Below are positions 1 to 9,255 of a DNA stretch of 64,000 nucleotides, piece after piece. Within the stretch, counting starts at the first letter, position 1. Each line of letters opens with the position of its first letter. This DNA is from an uncultured Acidobacteriota bacterium. GTDB taxonomy: Bacteria > Acidobacteriota > Thermoanaerobaculia > Gp7-AA8. The notes under the pieces were generated by a model that saw nothing but the letters and a program-made list of their open reading frames with translations, ran no database searches and was not told the DNA's origin. The position numbers and the translations under genes are program-made. Where the stretch lies: the NCBI GenBank assembly GCA_963741955.1, contig CAVUKB010000005.1, positions 1,376,001-1,440,000 on the forward strand. The letters run 5' to 3'.

Positions 1-876
1 CCACCCGTACATGGGGGTGAAAGCCCATCGTCCGTAGTGGTAGGGAACCCAACCCCACGGTTCCCACGATTCCCAGACCAGACATCCGGAGAGGCCGTAC
101 ATCCACTGACCGCTGTAGTAGGGGCGCCAGCCGACCGAGACGTAAGGTCTCCAGACCCAGCTGCTGTAGTCGCTCACGTAGACCCAGTTGCCGTAGGAAT
201 CGAGCTCACTCTCCGCGTAAGCGAGGTCGCCGCGAAGGTACTTGCCGGCGCTCCGGTCGTACCGTTCGGCGCGTCTGAGGTACCACTGCTCGAAATCGCT
301 GATGCCGACGCTCGCCAGGGTGCGGGTACGGTAAATCCCGCTGTCGTCGAGCGCAACCTGCTCACCCTCGCCCAGGCGCGTGGTTCCGGAGGGAGTTCTC
401 ACTTCAACCGATCCGGCATGCACCGAAACGAGATCGTTCCCGCGGCCATCCGTGTCGACGGAATAGATGCCGTAGCGCGAGCTCAGATAACTGGCGGAGT
501 TCGTATCGAGGCGAAGCGCAGAACTGTCCCGGTCGACCCGGTGAACCATGATCCGGCCGTACACGAGTTGAACCACCGTCTGCTCGGACGCTCCGTCGTA
601 ACTATCCAGAATCGACCGGAGCTGGAGGTCGGTGCTGCGGTCGAGGGCGATCACGTTGCCGTCGGCGAGGCGGACCTCGGCGCGGCCGTCGCGCGCGGTG
701 CGTATTTCATCGCCCGGAAAAACCGGCATGTTCACGCGCGCACTGATCTGTCTTCCGTCGTTCTGGACGACGACGGTGCCGTCTTCCTGGTACGTGACGT
801 ACGACTGATCACGGCCTTCCGCGAGAACCGGCAGCGCAATCATCGAAATGAGAAGGGGGAGGAGGATTCTTCGCAT
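1..876 (-). CDS. Exported FecR-like domain / DUF6600-type protein (3' end runs off the window)
   Basis: Not in the ORF track. Manual translation MRRILLPLLISMIALPVLA (signal peptide), NMPVFPGDEIRTARDGRAEVRL (FecR-like), and LDSYGNWVYV..WRPYYSGQW..EPWGWVPYHYGRW (DUF6600-like). SD AGGAG upstream. Confidence 0.75.
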   Translation of the reverse strand, partial: MRRILLPLLISMIALPVLAEGRDQSYVTYQEDGTVVVQNDGRQISARVNMPVFPGDEIRTARDGRAEVRLADGNVIALDRSTDLQLRSILDSYDGASEQTVVQLVYGRIMVHRVDRDSSALRLDTNSASYLSSRYGIYSVDTDGRGNDLVSVHAGSVEVRTPSGTTRLGEGEQVALDDSGIYRTRTLASVGISDFEQWYLRRAERYDRSAGKYLRGDLAYAESELDSYGNWVYVSDYSSWVWRPYVSVGWRPYYSGQWMYGLSGCLVWESWEPWGWVPYHYGRWAFTPMYGW

Positions 877-907
877 CGGCGTTCTCCTGTTTCCGGACGA
901 CCTCTAC

Positions 908-923
908 TGCGGACCACATGCCA
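908..923 (-). promoter_or_regulatory. Putative sigma-54 (-24/-12) promoter of the FecR/DUF6600 gene, with an IHF-like site at 938-950
   Basis: Minus strand TGGCATGTGGTCCGCA (GG-N10-GC). Upstream TATGAACCACTTG resembles the IHF consensus WATCAANNNNTTR. Confidence 0.4.
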
Positions 924-1106
924 CGGATCGCGAATTACAAGTGGTTCATACAGAGTTACTTACACCGGGAACTGGCGGCGTTGACGCCTGCCTCTGTCCT
1001 CTCGGGAAGACTGGCTGTCCACTCGAGGTGTCATCGCGACTGCAACTGATCTGCTGACAATAACTTCGTCGCGGGCCCGAATGTTTCCCGATCCTCGAGG
1101 GCCCCT

Positions 1107-1853
1107 TCAGGTCCCGGCAGTGAGACGCTCCGCCAGCAGCCGTGGAAGTCCGGCGTCCACGATCGAACGTTGTGTCGCGTTGACGTCGTACGGGACCCTG
1201 AAAAACTGAATCGTGGCACGCGCCGAGTCGTGAATCAGACACGACGCCAGAGGGATCCGATCCCGCGGCTGCCCCACCGACCCCGGGTTGATCACGTATT
1301 GGTTCGCCGGATCGAGCCGAAATGTCATCGACGATCGGGCCGGCGTTGCATGGACATCTCCCCGCGGCGTGATCTCGAAGACGACTCCGATATGCGTGTG
1401 ACCGAAGAAGATGATCGGCGGCTCCGGGAAGGCTTCTTTGAGTGAGCCGATATCCCTCGTGCTGAAGAGGTACTCGTCTTCGTCGGCCGGGCTGCCATGG
1501 CAGAAGAGAATGCCGGAATCGTCGGTCACCGGCCCCACGGTCAGATTCCGCAGAAAGATCTGGTTAGGACGGCTCAACTTCCCACGTGTCCAGAGTGCTG
1601 CCGTTCGGGCGGGCTGGTTGAAGTCGAGCCCTTCGTCGAAACCCGCAGCGACGCGATCGTGGTTTCCGCGAATGTAGAGCTTCGCCGCACGGTGGGTGCG
1701 CATCCGATCGAGCACCTGGTTCGGCTGTGCTCCGTATCCGACGAAGTCGCCCAGGCAGACGATCCGGTCGGTCCGTTTCCTCCGCACGTGTGCGAGGACG
1801 GCACGCAGCGCGCCTGCGTTCGAATGCAGATCACTGACGACCAGAGTTCTCAT
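1107..1853 (-). CDS. Metallophosphoesterase (calcineurin-like, YfcE/MJ0936 type)
   Basis: Motifs SDLHSN, LGDFVGYG, GNHD, CHGSP, GHTH, NPGSVGQPRD. Confidence 0.9.
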   Translation of the reverse strand: MRTLVVSDLHSNAGALRAVLAHVRRKRTDRIVCLGDFVGYGAQPNQVLDRMRTHRAAKLYIRGNHDRVAAGFDEGLDFNQPARTAALWTRGKLSRPNQIFLRNLTVGPVTDDSGILFCHGSPADEDEYLFSTRDIGSLKEAFPEPPIIFFGHTHIGVVFEITPRGDVHATPARSSMTFRLDPANQYVINPGSVGQPRDRIPLASCLIHDSARATIQFFRVPYDVNATQRSIVDAGLPRLLAERLTAGT

Positions 1854-2386
1854 GAGATTCCAGAAGCGGGATTTGCCCGGTTCGATCGCTCCGCAGGAAG
1901 CTGCAGGAGTATCCGCTCCACGATCTCGGCAGGCAGCTCCGTTTCGCGAATCTCGACCGTCATGTCCGCAGATTTGTAGTAGCGGAGCCGCTGCTGGTAG
2001 AGATCGAGCGCGGCGAGATCGTCCCGGAACATCGGACGTTCAGCTGCTTTGGTCGAGATCCGCCCGAGGAGGAGATGAAACGGGGCGGAGAGAAAGATCG
2101 AGACACCCTCCGACCTTATCAGATCGATGTTTTCATCGAAAGTGAAGGTACCTCCCCCCGTTGCGATCACCGCATCCTGAAGGTAGCGCGTCATCTGGAG
2201 CAGATCCCGTTCACGTTTGCGAAAATGCGGTTCGCCACGGGCACCGAAAATCTCCTTGATGGACATCCTTTCCGCGGCCTCGACGAGCTCGTCGAGATCG
2301 AAGAAGGGAATTCCGAGACGATCGGCAAGAAGCCGGCCCACCGTCGTCTTACCGCATCCCATGAACCCGACGAGATAGAGCTTCAT
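1850..2386 (-). CDS. aroK: Shikimate kinase
   Basis: LVGFMGCGKTTVG P-loop, GEPHFR, IATGGG, RP motif. Confidence 0.93.
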   Translation of the reverse strand: MKLYLVGFMGCGKTTVGRLLADRLGIPFFDLDELVEAAERMSIKEIFGARGEPHFRKRERDLLQMTRYLQDAVIATGGGTFTFDENIDLIRSEGVSIFLSAPFHLLLGRISTKAAERPMFRDDLAALDLYQQRLRYYKSADMTVEIRETELPAEIVERILLQLPAERSNRANPASGIS

Positions 2387-3021
2387 CGGCTCACCCCCGC
2401 GGCATCGAGGATTCGGTGCGCGTTCACATGGACGGATCCCTCCTCGGCGTAGAGGGCGGAGACGACCGCACAGCTGTCCGCGCCGGCATCGAGGACGGAA
2501 CGAATGTTCGATGCATCGATTCCACCGATTGCGACGACCGGTTTGGCGGTTGTGGCTCGTATGCGTCGGATCGCTTCCAGCCCCAGTGGGGGTCGCACGT
2601 TCTTGGTATTCGAAATGAAGATCGGGCCGATCGCCACGTAGTCCACGTCCGGGTCCGAAGCGACCGCGATCGCCTCGTCTTCCGAGTGTGTTGATCGGCC
2701 GATGATCAGAAGACGCTCGCCGGCGACGCTTCTCGCGATAGAAGGCGGGATGTCGAACTCGCCGAGGTGCACTCCATCCGCTCCCGTCGCAAGCGCGATG
2801 TCCGTCCTGTCATTCACGAAAAATGCGACACGGGCCGGGAGTGTGGTCGCGATGGAGCGAGCGATCTCGAACAACTGATCGTCGGGACGATTCTTTTCCC
2901 GCAGTTGGATCCATCGAACGCCGGCGCTGACGAGTTCCGCAACCACGTCCGCGGCATCCCGGCCGGCTCCGGTCGGGGTCAGGGCATACAGCGGCGGAAC
3001 GGCAGCTCGGAGAAGGCGCAA
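2383..3021 (-). CDS. thiE: Thiamine-phosphate synthase (TTG start inferred)
   Basis: IQLREK, VNDRTDIA, DGVHLG, GRSTH, DYVAIGPIF..TK, VAIGGI. Start placed just after the accC stop. Confidence 0.9.
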   Translation of the reverse strand: MRLLRAAVPPLYALTPTGAGRDAADVVAELVSAGVRWIQLREKNRPDDQLFEIARSIATTLPARVAFFVNDRTDIALATGADGVHLGEFDIPPSIARSVAGERLLIIGRSTHSEDEAIAVASDPDVDYVAIGPIFISNTKNVRPPLGLEAIRRIRATTAKPVVAIGGIDASNIRSVLDAGADSCAVVSALYAEEGSVHVNAHRILDAAGVSR

Positions 3022-3025
3022 GGGT

Positions 3026-4360
3026 TCACCGCGAGAACTCTTCCATGAAGCGGGTCGAGAACTCGCCTCGCCGGAATCGCTCGTCATTGAGGATCGCCAG
3101 GTGCAGTGGGATCGAGGTCTTCACTCCCTCGATGATGAACAGCTCCAGTGCTCTGCGTCCCCTCTCGATCGCTTCCGCTCGATCTTTCCCGTGGACGACG
3201 AGTTTCGCGATCATGGAGTCGTAGTGCGGCGGAATCACGTAATCACGATACGCGGCCGTATCCACTCGAACCCCCGGGCCACCAGGTGCATGGAACGTGG
3301 TGATTTTCCCGGGATTCGGGGCGAACGTCACCGGGTCTTCTGCGTTCACCCGGAATTCGATCGCATGACCGCGAAAGCGGGAGGCATGTTTGTGAAAGGA
3401 GAGCGGCTCGCCGGCGGCGACCCGGATCTGCTCTTTCACCAGATCCGTGCTGGTCACCGCCTCCGTCACCGGGTGCTCGACCTGAATCCGGGTGTTCATC
3501 TCCATGAAGTAGAACTGATCTCCCTCCACGAGAAACTCGATCGTTCCCGCGTTGACGTACGAGACCGCTTCCGCGACCTTGACTGCGGCGTCGCCCATCC
3601 GCTGCCGTAATGCTTCAGTCATCACCGGCGAGGGAGATTCCTCGAGTAGCTTCTGATGCCGGCGTTGGATGGAGCACTCGCGCTCGCCGAGGTGAATCAC
3701 TCTACCCTGCGTGTCACCGAAGATCTGGAACTCGATGTGTCGAGGACGCTGAAGGTACTTCTCCAGGTAGACATCGGCGACTCCGAACGCCCGCTCGGCT
3801 TCGCTTCGTGCCGTCTCGAACGCTGATTGGAGCTCCTTCTCGTCCCAGCAGATCCTCATCCCGCGGCCGCCGCCCCCGGCGGATGCCTTCAGAATGACCG
3901 GAAACCCGATCTCTTTCGCGATGTCGGTGGCATCGGCGATCGTCGCCACCGGGCCGTCACTCCCCGGAAGAACCGGAACGCCGGCCTCCTTCGCCGTCTC
4001 GCGGGCTTTGGCCTTGTCTCCCATCAGTCGGATCGCTTCGGGAGTCGGACCGATGAACGCGAGCTGACATTCTCGGAGTATCTCGGCGAAGTGGTGGTTT
4101 TCCGCAAGAAAACCGTAGCCGGGATGAACGGCATCCGCTCCGGTGATCTCCGCCGCGGCCACGATGGCAGAGATGTTCAGGTAACTCTGCCGGGAGGGAG
4201 CGGGACCGATGCAGACGTCGTCATCGGCGTAGCGCACGTGAAGTGCTTCGCGATCGGCTTCGGAGTGGACGGCAACCGTCCTGATCCCGAGCTCCTTGCA
4301 AGCCAGAATGATGCGAAGCGCAATCTCTCCGCGGTTCGCGATGAGAATCTTCGAGAACAT
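3026..4360 (-). CDS. accC: Acetyl-CoA carboxylase, biotin carboxylase subunit
   Basis: [54 protein letters not shown]. Confidence 0.97.
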   Translation of the reverse strand: MFSKILIANRGEIALRIILACKELGIRTVAVHSEADREALHVRYADDDVCIGPAPSRQSYLNISAIVAAAEITGADAVHPGYGFLAENHHFAEILRECQLAFIGPTPEAIRLMGDKAKARETAKEAGVPVLPGSDGPVATIADATDIAKEIGFPVILKASAGGGGRGMRICWDEKELQSAFETARSEAERAFGVADVYLEKYLQRPRHIEFQIFGDTQGRVIHLGERECSIQRRHQKLLEESPSPVMTEALRQRMGDAAVKVAEAVSYVNAGTIEFLVEGDQFYFMEMNTRIQVEHPVTEAVTSTDLVKEQIRVAAGEPLSFHKHASRFRGHAIEFRVNAEDPVTFAPNPGKITTFHAPGGPGVRVDTAAYRDYVIPPHYDSMIAKLVVHGKDRAEAIERGRRALELFIIEGVKTSIPLHLAILNDERFRRGEFSTRFMEEFSR

Positions 4361-4394
4361 GATCGATGTGTTGGTTGAAGCCTGCGACCTTACG

Positions 4395-4892
<498 letters not shown>

Positions 4893-4894
4893 GG

Positions 4895-5248
4895 TCAGCT
4901 CAACTCGTCCTGCAGATCGAATCTGGCTTTGCGCAACTCGAACCGCGCGCGGCCGAAATTTCCGTCGGGGGAAAGTATCATCAAAATGAAATAGTCGGAA
5001 GTCACGGCCGAAAAAAGCGCGAGGTGACGGTCGGTCGCCAGCGTGAACTGCCTCAGATCTCCGCTGTCGAGCTCGTTGATCGACAGCTGCAACGACTTGA
5101 CGAAGGCGCCCAGCTCCGCACTCCATGTCTCGAGGCTCACCCCCTCGCCACCGACGGTCTCGACGGCGATTCCATCGAGGCCCAGAAGAGAAACTGCGAG
5201 AGTGCCATCCACGCGGCGGAAGACACCTTCGAGCGTCTCCTTAAACAC
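4895..5248 (-). CDS. mglC: Roadblock/LC7 protein, MglC-like
   Basis: FKETLEGV..VDGTLAVSLLGLDGIAVET and DYF..LSPDGNFGRARFELR resemble the myxobacterial MglC pattern. GTG start overlaps the upstream stop. Lies between pilQ and accB. Confidence 0.7.
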   Translation of the reverse strand: MFKETLEGVFRRVDGTLAVSLLGLDGIAVETVGGEGVSLETWSAELGAFVKSLQLSINELDSGDLRQFTLATDRHLALFSAVTSDYFILMILSPDGNFGRARFELRKARFDLQDELS

Positions 5249-6440
5249 GCCGCGCCTCATCCCGCACCCGCGCCAGCCACCGTTCCAGACGATCCACCTT
5301 CTCGCGCCGTTCCTGATCCCCGAGAGCGGCTGGCGCGTCCGGGAGCGAGTCGAGCTTCCGGCGAACCTCCGCGTTCTCACCATCCCTTTCGAGAATCCTC
5401 GTGTAAATCTCGCGTGCGGCGCCGACATGACCTTGCCGGGCATAAAGATCCCCGAGTGTGACGGTCACCGTCGGCTCGCCGTGGCCTGGCTCCGCCGCGT
5501 CTTCGAAGGGTGATCCTGAGGCTTGACCGCCGGTCGCCGTGGAACCCCGCTCCTCCTCGAAAGGCGCGCGCTGAGGCTCTTCGTCTCCTTCCTCCTGGTA
5601 GACCGGTACCTGTCCCGCGAGTGTCGGGTGAAATGGCGGCTCTTCAGGCTCGGGCTCCGCTGCGACCCAGGGGGAGGCCTGATGCGACGTCTCGGCTCCC
5701 GGCGACTCTTCGAAAGACGAGAGGGCGGCGACATCCTCCCGCTCGTCCTCTCCAGCCGGCTCGAACGGATTCGATTCAGTGAAATCCGGTGCCTCGTCCG
5801 CCTCTGTTGACTCGTCGGCGTCGGAACGGGTGGCGCCCCAGTCGGCGAAAGGCGTCTCGGGTTCGAGATGCCCCTCCGTTGAGGAACCGGGCGCCGACAA
5901 CTTCGTCTCGGACGCTCTGCCGGTTTCATTCGGAGGCGGGACCTCCGCTTCCTCCCGCGCACGAGCTTCGTCCGTCTGGATCTCTCCCGAGTCGCCCTCA
6001 TCGGCGACGGAGACGGTCATCGGATGGAGCTCTCTCTCCAGCCGTCCGATGATTTCTTCGATCGAGTCGTCCCCGGGCATCAAGGCGTAGACGAGCTTGT
6101 ACTTCTTGATCGCCTCGAGAGCATTGCCGGTACCAAGATGCGCCTCCGCGAGGAGCTTCGCCGCGACGACGTTCCCGGGATCGAGCGAGAGTGCCCGCTC
6201 GAGGACCGTCACTGCTTCCGTGAAATTCTTCCGGTCTTTCAGGACGCGCCCGAAGCTGACCCAGGCGGAGAGATAGTTCGCATGGATGGTCAGTCCCTCG
6301 CGCAGGACCTTCTCCGCCTCCTCGACCCGCCCGATTTTCCGAAGCTCCTCCGCGAGAGGATAGAAAAGCCTCGACTTCGGATCCGCAGCCAGGCGGGCCC
6401 GCAGTTCTTCGATTCGGGGAGAAGTCGGTGAGTCAGGCAT
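5241..6440 (-). CDS. TPR protein with a long acidic linker and a C-terminal TPR
   Basis: N-terminal TPRs (DPKSRLFYPLAEELRKIG), Glu/Pro-rich middle, TVTLGDLYARQGH..AREIY C-terminal repeat. Confidence 0.8.
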   Translation of the reverse strand: MPDSPTSPRIEELRARLAADPKSRLFYPLAEELRKIGRVEEAEKVLREGLTIHANYLSAWVSFGRVLKDRKNFTEAVTVLERALSLDPGNVVAAKLLAEAHLGTGNALEAIKKYKLVYALMPGDDSIEEIIGRLERELHPMTVSVADEGDSGEIQTDEARAREEAEVPPPNETGRASETKLSAPGSSTEGHLEPETPFADWGATRSDADESTEADEAPDFTESNPFEPAGEDEREDVAALSSFEESPGAETSHQASPWVAAEPEPEEPPFHPTLAGQVPVYQEEGDEEPQRAPFEEERGSTATGGQASGSPFEDAAEPGHGEPTVTVTLGDLYARQGHVGAAREIYTRILERDGENAEVRRKLDSLPDAPAALGDQERREKVDRLERWLARVRDEARRV

Positions 6441-6515
6441 CGGAGTCCTATTCTAGAACATGTTCGAATACTGCCGGGCACCGTTTCCGCGCTCGGCAGG
6501 AACCCGGCCAAAGAT

Positions 6516-6544
6516 GAACGACCGCCCTCGAGGGGCGGTCGTTC
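6516..6544 (-). terminator. Intrinsic terminator ending the pil-lipoprotein transcript
   Basis: 12-bp perfect stem GAACGACCGCCC/GGGCGGTCGTTC, followed by ATCTTT on the minus strand. Confidence 0.6.
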
Positions 6545-6581
6545 TCATGGCTATCGATGTTCACGCGTACTCTCGCGGTAC

Positions 6582-8549
6582 TTAGACCCCGGTCCCGGTG
6601 AGAGCGATCGTCGGTTGTGTCGCAGCATTCGATCCGAACGTCACCGTCCCGGTTTTCGCACCCGTGCTGGACGGGGTGAACGTGACCGTGAAGGGTCCGG
6701 CACTCGTCCCCGGAGCAACGGTGATCGGGAATGCACTCGGCGCCGTGACCGAGAAGTCCCCTCCCGCTGCTGCCGAACTGATGATCAGATTCGTGCTTCC
6801 GGGATTGGAGACGGTGAACGTCTGAGTCGGCGATGGGCTCGTTCCGACCGCGACATCACCGAAGCTGATCGCCGTTGTGCTCGGCACGAGGGACGGCGCA
6901 ACCCGGCACGAAGTATCCGTGGGGTTGACGGTGATTGCGCCGGTAAGCTGGTCCGTACATCCCGTCGTCGTGTTCTCGAACGCGACGTCGAGGTCCGTCG
7001 GCACGTACTGATTTCCGCTGAGCCCACTCGTACTGGTACAGGTCTGTTCCGAGAAGGTCACGTTCGTCGGAAGCGTCACCGGGAAGGTCGCGAGATTCCC
7101 GCTGATCGTGGGAGCCCCGGGGATGATCGTCTTCCCGCCGATCGTGAACCGCACATTTCCTGGCAACCCGTTCGCCACCGTAATCGAGATCACCGATCCC
7201 GGCGTGGCCGAGGTCGGTACGACGTTGGTGATCGAAGGCTTGAGGGCCCGATACGTGAACTTCGGCGCCGGCGGGGGTGACGTCGCGCCGTCCTCGACGT
7301 TCGTCACCACCACATCTCCTGCAAAGTCCGAACAGCCCTGGGTCAGTAGCGGTGAAGTGACTGCGACGATCTCGGTACCCGACACCCGAATGGGCTGGGC
7401 TGCAACTCCGCCGATACTCACCGCGACCGGATCGTCGAATCCCCAGCCGCTGATCTTGACTTGTGTTCCGCCGCCGATCGGACCTTCCGTCGGCCCTACC
7501 GCGGTGATCTGCATGGCCGGACCGTAGCGGAACGCGTTCGCGACCACCACGTCCTTGTTCGTGTTGACGTTGAGGATCCGTATGGCGACCTGTTTGTCGC
7601 GCAGTTGGGTCGCCAGGCCTAGTGCGGGAGGCGTCATCGCGATGATCTGCCCGAAATTCACCTGAATGACCTGGACTTCGACCTGATCGGTGAGTGATCC
7701 ACCCGCGCTTCCCCCGGTTCCGAAGAACACTTTCGTCGGCGCCTGGAAGCCTTCACCGACAATCGAGATCCGCGTGTTCCCCTCGTTCGGTCCCGTTGAC
7801 GGACTGACGCTGTAGACCACCGGCGTCAGAACCTGCAGAACGTAACTGAAGTTGGTCGACGAGGTCGCTCTCGCTTCATTCGAGGTTCCGGCCTGCGAGA
7901 TGACGATGATAGGGACATCCCGCTTCTGTTCGGAGGCGCCGAGATCGACCTTCGGAGCAACTGCCTGGATCTGAGTCGAAGTCACCGAGACTACGGTGGC
8001 CTCCTTGTCGCCGAAGAGGACCCGGACTGGAGCGACGAAGTTGGTTCCCTGGATCGTCACGACCACTCCCCCCTCGGGGTTGCTCGTGGCTGGAGCGAAC
8101 GACGTGATCGTCACTCCGGACGGCCCACCACCTTCGAGTTTGAACTTCACCGTCACGTTCTTGGAGATGTTATTCACCCGCGCCGTAACTACTGCGTCTC
8201 CGGCATCTGCCGAGGTCAGAGTTGCCGTCGCAGCTCCTCCCACCGTCGTCTTGATGACCGTGGTCGTACCGCTGCTGGTGAATGTTCCGAGAGTGGTCGA
8301 GAATTCGACTGCCGTACCGTCCGGTACCGCCGCGCCGTTCTGGGTGACCATCGCGGTGACGTTCGTCGTCGACGACACGAGCGGTGTCGCGTTCGACACC
8401 GTGAGCGTGATGCTCGCTGCCGTCGGCGGTGGCGTTCCGCCACCGGGAGGATTGCCACGCGGCTCGGTGGGGGACTCCGCTTTACATGCGGCGAAAACCA
8501 CGAGCGCAGCCGCCAGCGCCACTGTTACTGTCCAACGAGTGCTTTTCAT
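6582..8549 (-). CDS. Multi-Ig lipoprotein (Big_1-like, several IPT/TIG domains, C-terminal ASH/choice-of-anchor D-like domain)
   Basis: Lipobox VFAAC. VPDGTAVEFSTTLG, repeated P..GP..GGT.V.I.G.GF IPT motifs, ISFGDVAVG..TFTVSNPG..VTFTP. Start could be 8549-8564. Confidence 0.75.
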   Translation of the reverse strand: MKSTRWTVTVALAAALVVFAACKAESPTEPRGNPPGGGTPPPTAASITLTVSNATPLVSSTTNVTAMVTQNGAAVPDGTAVEFSTTLGTFTSSGTTTVIKTTVGGAATATLTSADAGDAVVTARVNNISKNVTVKFKLEGGGPSGVTITSFAPATSNPEGGVVVTIQGTNFVAPVRVLFGDKEATVVSVTSTQIQAVAPKVDLGASEQKRDVPIIVISQAGTSNEARATSSTNFSYVLQVLTPVVYSVSPSTGPNEGNTRISIVGEGFQAPTKVFFGTGGSAGGSLTDQVEVQVIQVNFGQIIAMTPPALGLATQLRDKQVAIRILNVNTNKDVVVANAFRYGPAMQITAVGPTEGPIGGGTQVKISGWGFDDPVAVSIGGVAAQPIRVSGTEIVAVTSPLLTQGCSDFAGDVVVTNVEDGATSPPPAPKFTYRALKPSITNVVPTSATPGSVISITVANGLPGNVRFTIGGKTIIPGAPTISGNLATFPVTLPTNVTFSEQTCTSTSGLSGNQYVPTDLDVAFENTTTGCTDQLTGAITVNPTDTSCRVAPSLVPSTTAISFGDVAVGTSPSPTQTFTVSNPGSTNLIISSAAAGGDFSVTAPSAFPITVAPGTSAGPFTVTFTPSSTGAKTGTVTFGSNAATQPTIALTGTGV

Positions 8550-8617
8550 CTTCACCCCCATCATCCTCCCCGCCGGCCGCGTCTCCTCGGAGCAATCGCG
8601 TTCCGGCGAATCGCCCT

Positions 8618-9184
8618 CTATTGACTGCATCCGGCGCAGAACCAGAGAGGAATCCGCACGCGCGCCGAGACGTCCTCGCCCGCGAGAGTCTCGCCGAAAA
8701 TGTCCACGATCGCATCCATCTTCACAAGCGACTGCCCCGTCTCCGGATCGACCCCTCCCGCACTCGCATAGAGAGCCGCGAAAGGAGCCTGAATCAAGGC
8801 ACCCGGTTGCACCAGAACGAAGTCATCGAGAGCCGTCCCGCTTCCGTTCACCGGAACCAGTCCCGAGGTCGTTCGGGTGAACGGCTCGGGTACGAGCGTC
8901 CCGCCATCGGTACGCTGGTAAGAGACGCGGTAACTCTTCAACTTCACGTCCATGAAGGTCGGGTCTGCGTCGGTACGCTTCGAGATCGCTCTGACTTCGA
9001 TGGTGCCGATGTTGGCCGTAGGCAGATTCAGAAGATCGATCACGCTGACGTTCTGCTGTGCCGTGGCAATCAACTCGACCGGCGAGTTCGTCTTATTGAT
9101 CTCGCTGCAGCCCAGAACCGGGAGCAGCGCGAGAACGATCACGCACACTCTGAAACGCTTGCTCAAACTGATTGTCACCCCCAT
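8618..9184 (-). CDS. Hypothetical lipoprotein in the pil operon
   Basis: Lipobox LPVLGC, beta-rich body, C-terminal FCAGC. Same strand, directly after pilQ. Confidence 0.65.
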   Translation of the reverse strand: MGVTISLSKRFRVCVIVLALLPVLGCSEINKTNSPVELIATAQQNVSVIDLLNLPTANIGTIEVRAISKRTDADPTFMDVKLKSYRVSYQRTDGGTLVPEPFTRTTSGLVPVNGSGTALDDFVLVQPGALIQAPFAALYASAGGVDPETGQSLVKMDAIVDIFGETLAGEDVSARVRIPLWFCAGCSQ

Positions 9185-9255
9185 CTCACCATCTCCTCGC
9201 CCGCAGGTGCCTTTCCGGGCAACCTCGTCTTTCTTCTCGTCCCTCATCCGCTTCA

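Noticed and set aside
37-984. 315-aa plus-strand ORF
   Set aside because: Antisense shadow of the minus-strand FecR/DUF6600 gene, which has a signal peptide, SD and motifs.
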